Source: Eledone cirrhosa
Taxonomy: Eukaryota
Direction of reading: 5' to 3'
Length of the DNA stretch: 64,000 nucleotides
NCBI GenBank assembly: GCA_964016885.1
Contig: OZ024764.1
Coordinates: 17,422,001-17,486,000 of the forward strand
The notes below the pieces were generated by a model, which saw nothing but the letters and a program-made list of their open reading frames with translations, was not told the origin of the DNA and did not search any database. The number at the start of each line of letters is the position of its first letter. Positions within the stretch are counted from its first letter, which is position 1. Shown here one piece after another: positions 63,001 through 64,000 of the stretch. Position numbers and translations under genes: made by a program.

Positions 63001-64000
63001 GTATTAAATATGGCATATACACTGTAATTCCCATCCAATAAATGAGTGTTCTGCATTTAGAAGCCATTTCTGTATTAAATATGGCATATACACTACTATT
63101 TCCATCCAATAAATGAGTTTTCTGCATTTAGAAGCCATTTCTGTATTAAATATGGCATATACACTGTAATTCCCATCCAATAAATGAGTTTTCTGCATTT
63201 AGAAGCCATTTCTGTATTAAATATGGCATATACACTGTAATTCCCATCCAATAAATGAGTTTTCTGCATTTAGAAGCCATTTCTGTATTAAATATGGCAT
63301 ATACACTGTAATTCCCATCCAATAAATGAGTTTTCTGCATTTAGAAGCCATTTCTGTATTAAATATGGCATATACACTGTAATTCCCATCCAATAAATGA
63401 GTTTTCTGCATTTAGAAGCCATTTCTGTATTAAATATGGCATATACACTGTAATTCCCATCCAATAAATGAGTTTTCTGCATTTAGAAGCCATTTCTGTA
63501 TTAAATATGGCATATACACTGTAATTTCCATCCAATAAATGAGTTTTCTGCATTTAGAAGCCATTTCTGTATTAAATATGGCATATAAACTGTAATTCCC
63601 ATCCAATAAATGAGTTTTCTGCATTTAGAAGCCATTTCTGTATTAAATATGGCATATACACTGTAATTCCCATCCAATAAATGAGTTTTCTGCATTTAGA
63701 AGCCATTTCTGTATTAAATATGGCATATACACTACTATTTCCATCCAATAAATGAGTTTTCTGCATTTAGAAGCCATTTCTGTATTAAATATGGCATATA
63801 CACTGTAATTCCCATCCAATAAATGAGTTTTCTGCATTTAGAAGCCATTTCTGTATTAAATATGGCATATACACTGTAATTCCCATCCAATAAATGAGTT
63901 TTCTGCATTTAGAAGCCATTTCTGTATTAAATATGGCATATACACTGTAATTCCCATCCAATAAATGAGTTTTCTGCATTTAGAAGCCATTTCTGTATTA
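57076..64000. repeat. 71-72-bp satellite array (heterogeneous to ~59240, homogeneous after; runs off the window)
   Basis: Unit AGAAGCCATTTCTGTATTAAATATGGCATATACACTGTAATTCCCATCCAATAAATGAGTTTTCTGCATTT; 71-bp ORF periodicity. Confidence 0.98.

Noticed and set aside
57076-64000. CRISPR-like array or repeated 64-aa ORFs
   Set aside because: There are no unique spacers and no cas genes; it is a eukaryotic tandem satellite.

Overview
Eukaryotic, extremely microsatellite-rich animal DNA ((TA)n, (CA)n, (CAC/GGT)n, (GA)n, (GATA)n); the SINE types and repeat content suggest a coleoid cephalopod (Octopus-like; inference). Nearly all ORFs in the track are microsatellite or satellite artefacts. The one convincing host CDS is a single-exon C20orf96/DUF4618-like coiled-coil gene (51381-52463, +). 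The window also holds Tx1/L1-clade and RTE LINE fragments, tRNA-derived SINEs, a palindromic MITE-like element with two inward-facing Pol III heads, minisatellites, and a terminal 19-25-bp and 71-bp satellite block. Main hidden structure: at least seven short, mutually divergent element families are inserted in (TA)n tracts, often as fold-back palindromes or inversions. They carry about 10 complete and about a dozen partial type I hammerhead ribozymes (HHR), with compensatory base changes between copies, as expected for Penelope-like element termini. The 71-bp satellite filling the last 7 kb aligns end to end with the ribozyme segment of one of these families. All folds and alignments were done by eye, and no activity is shown.
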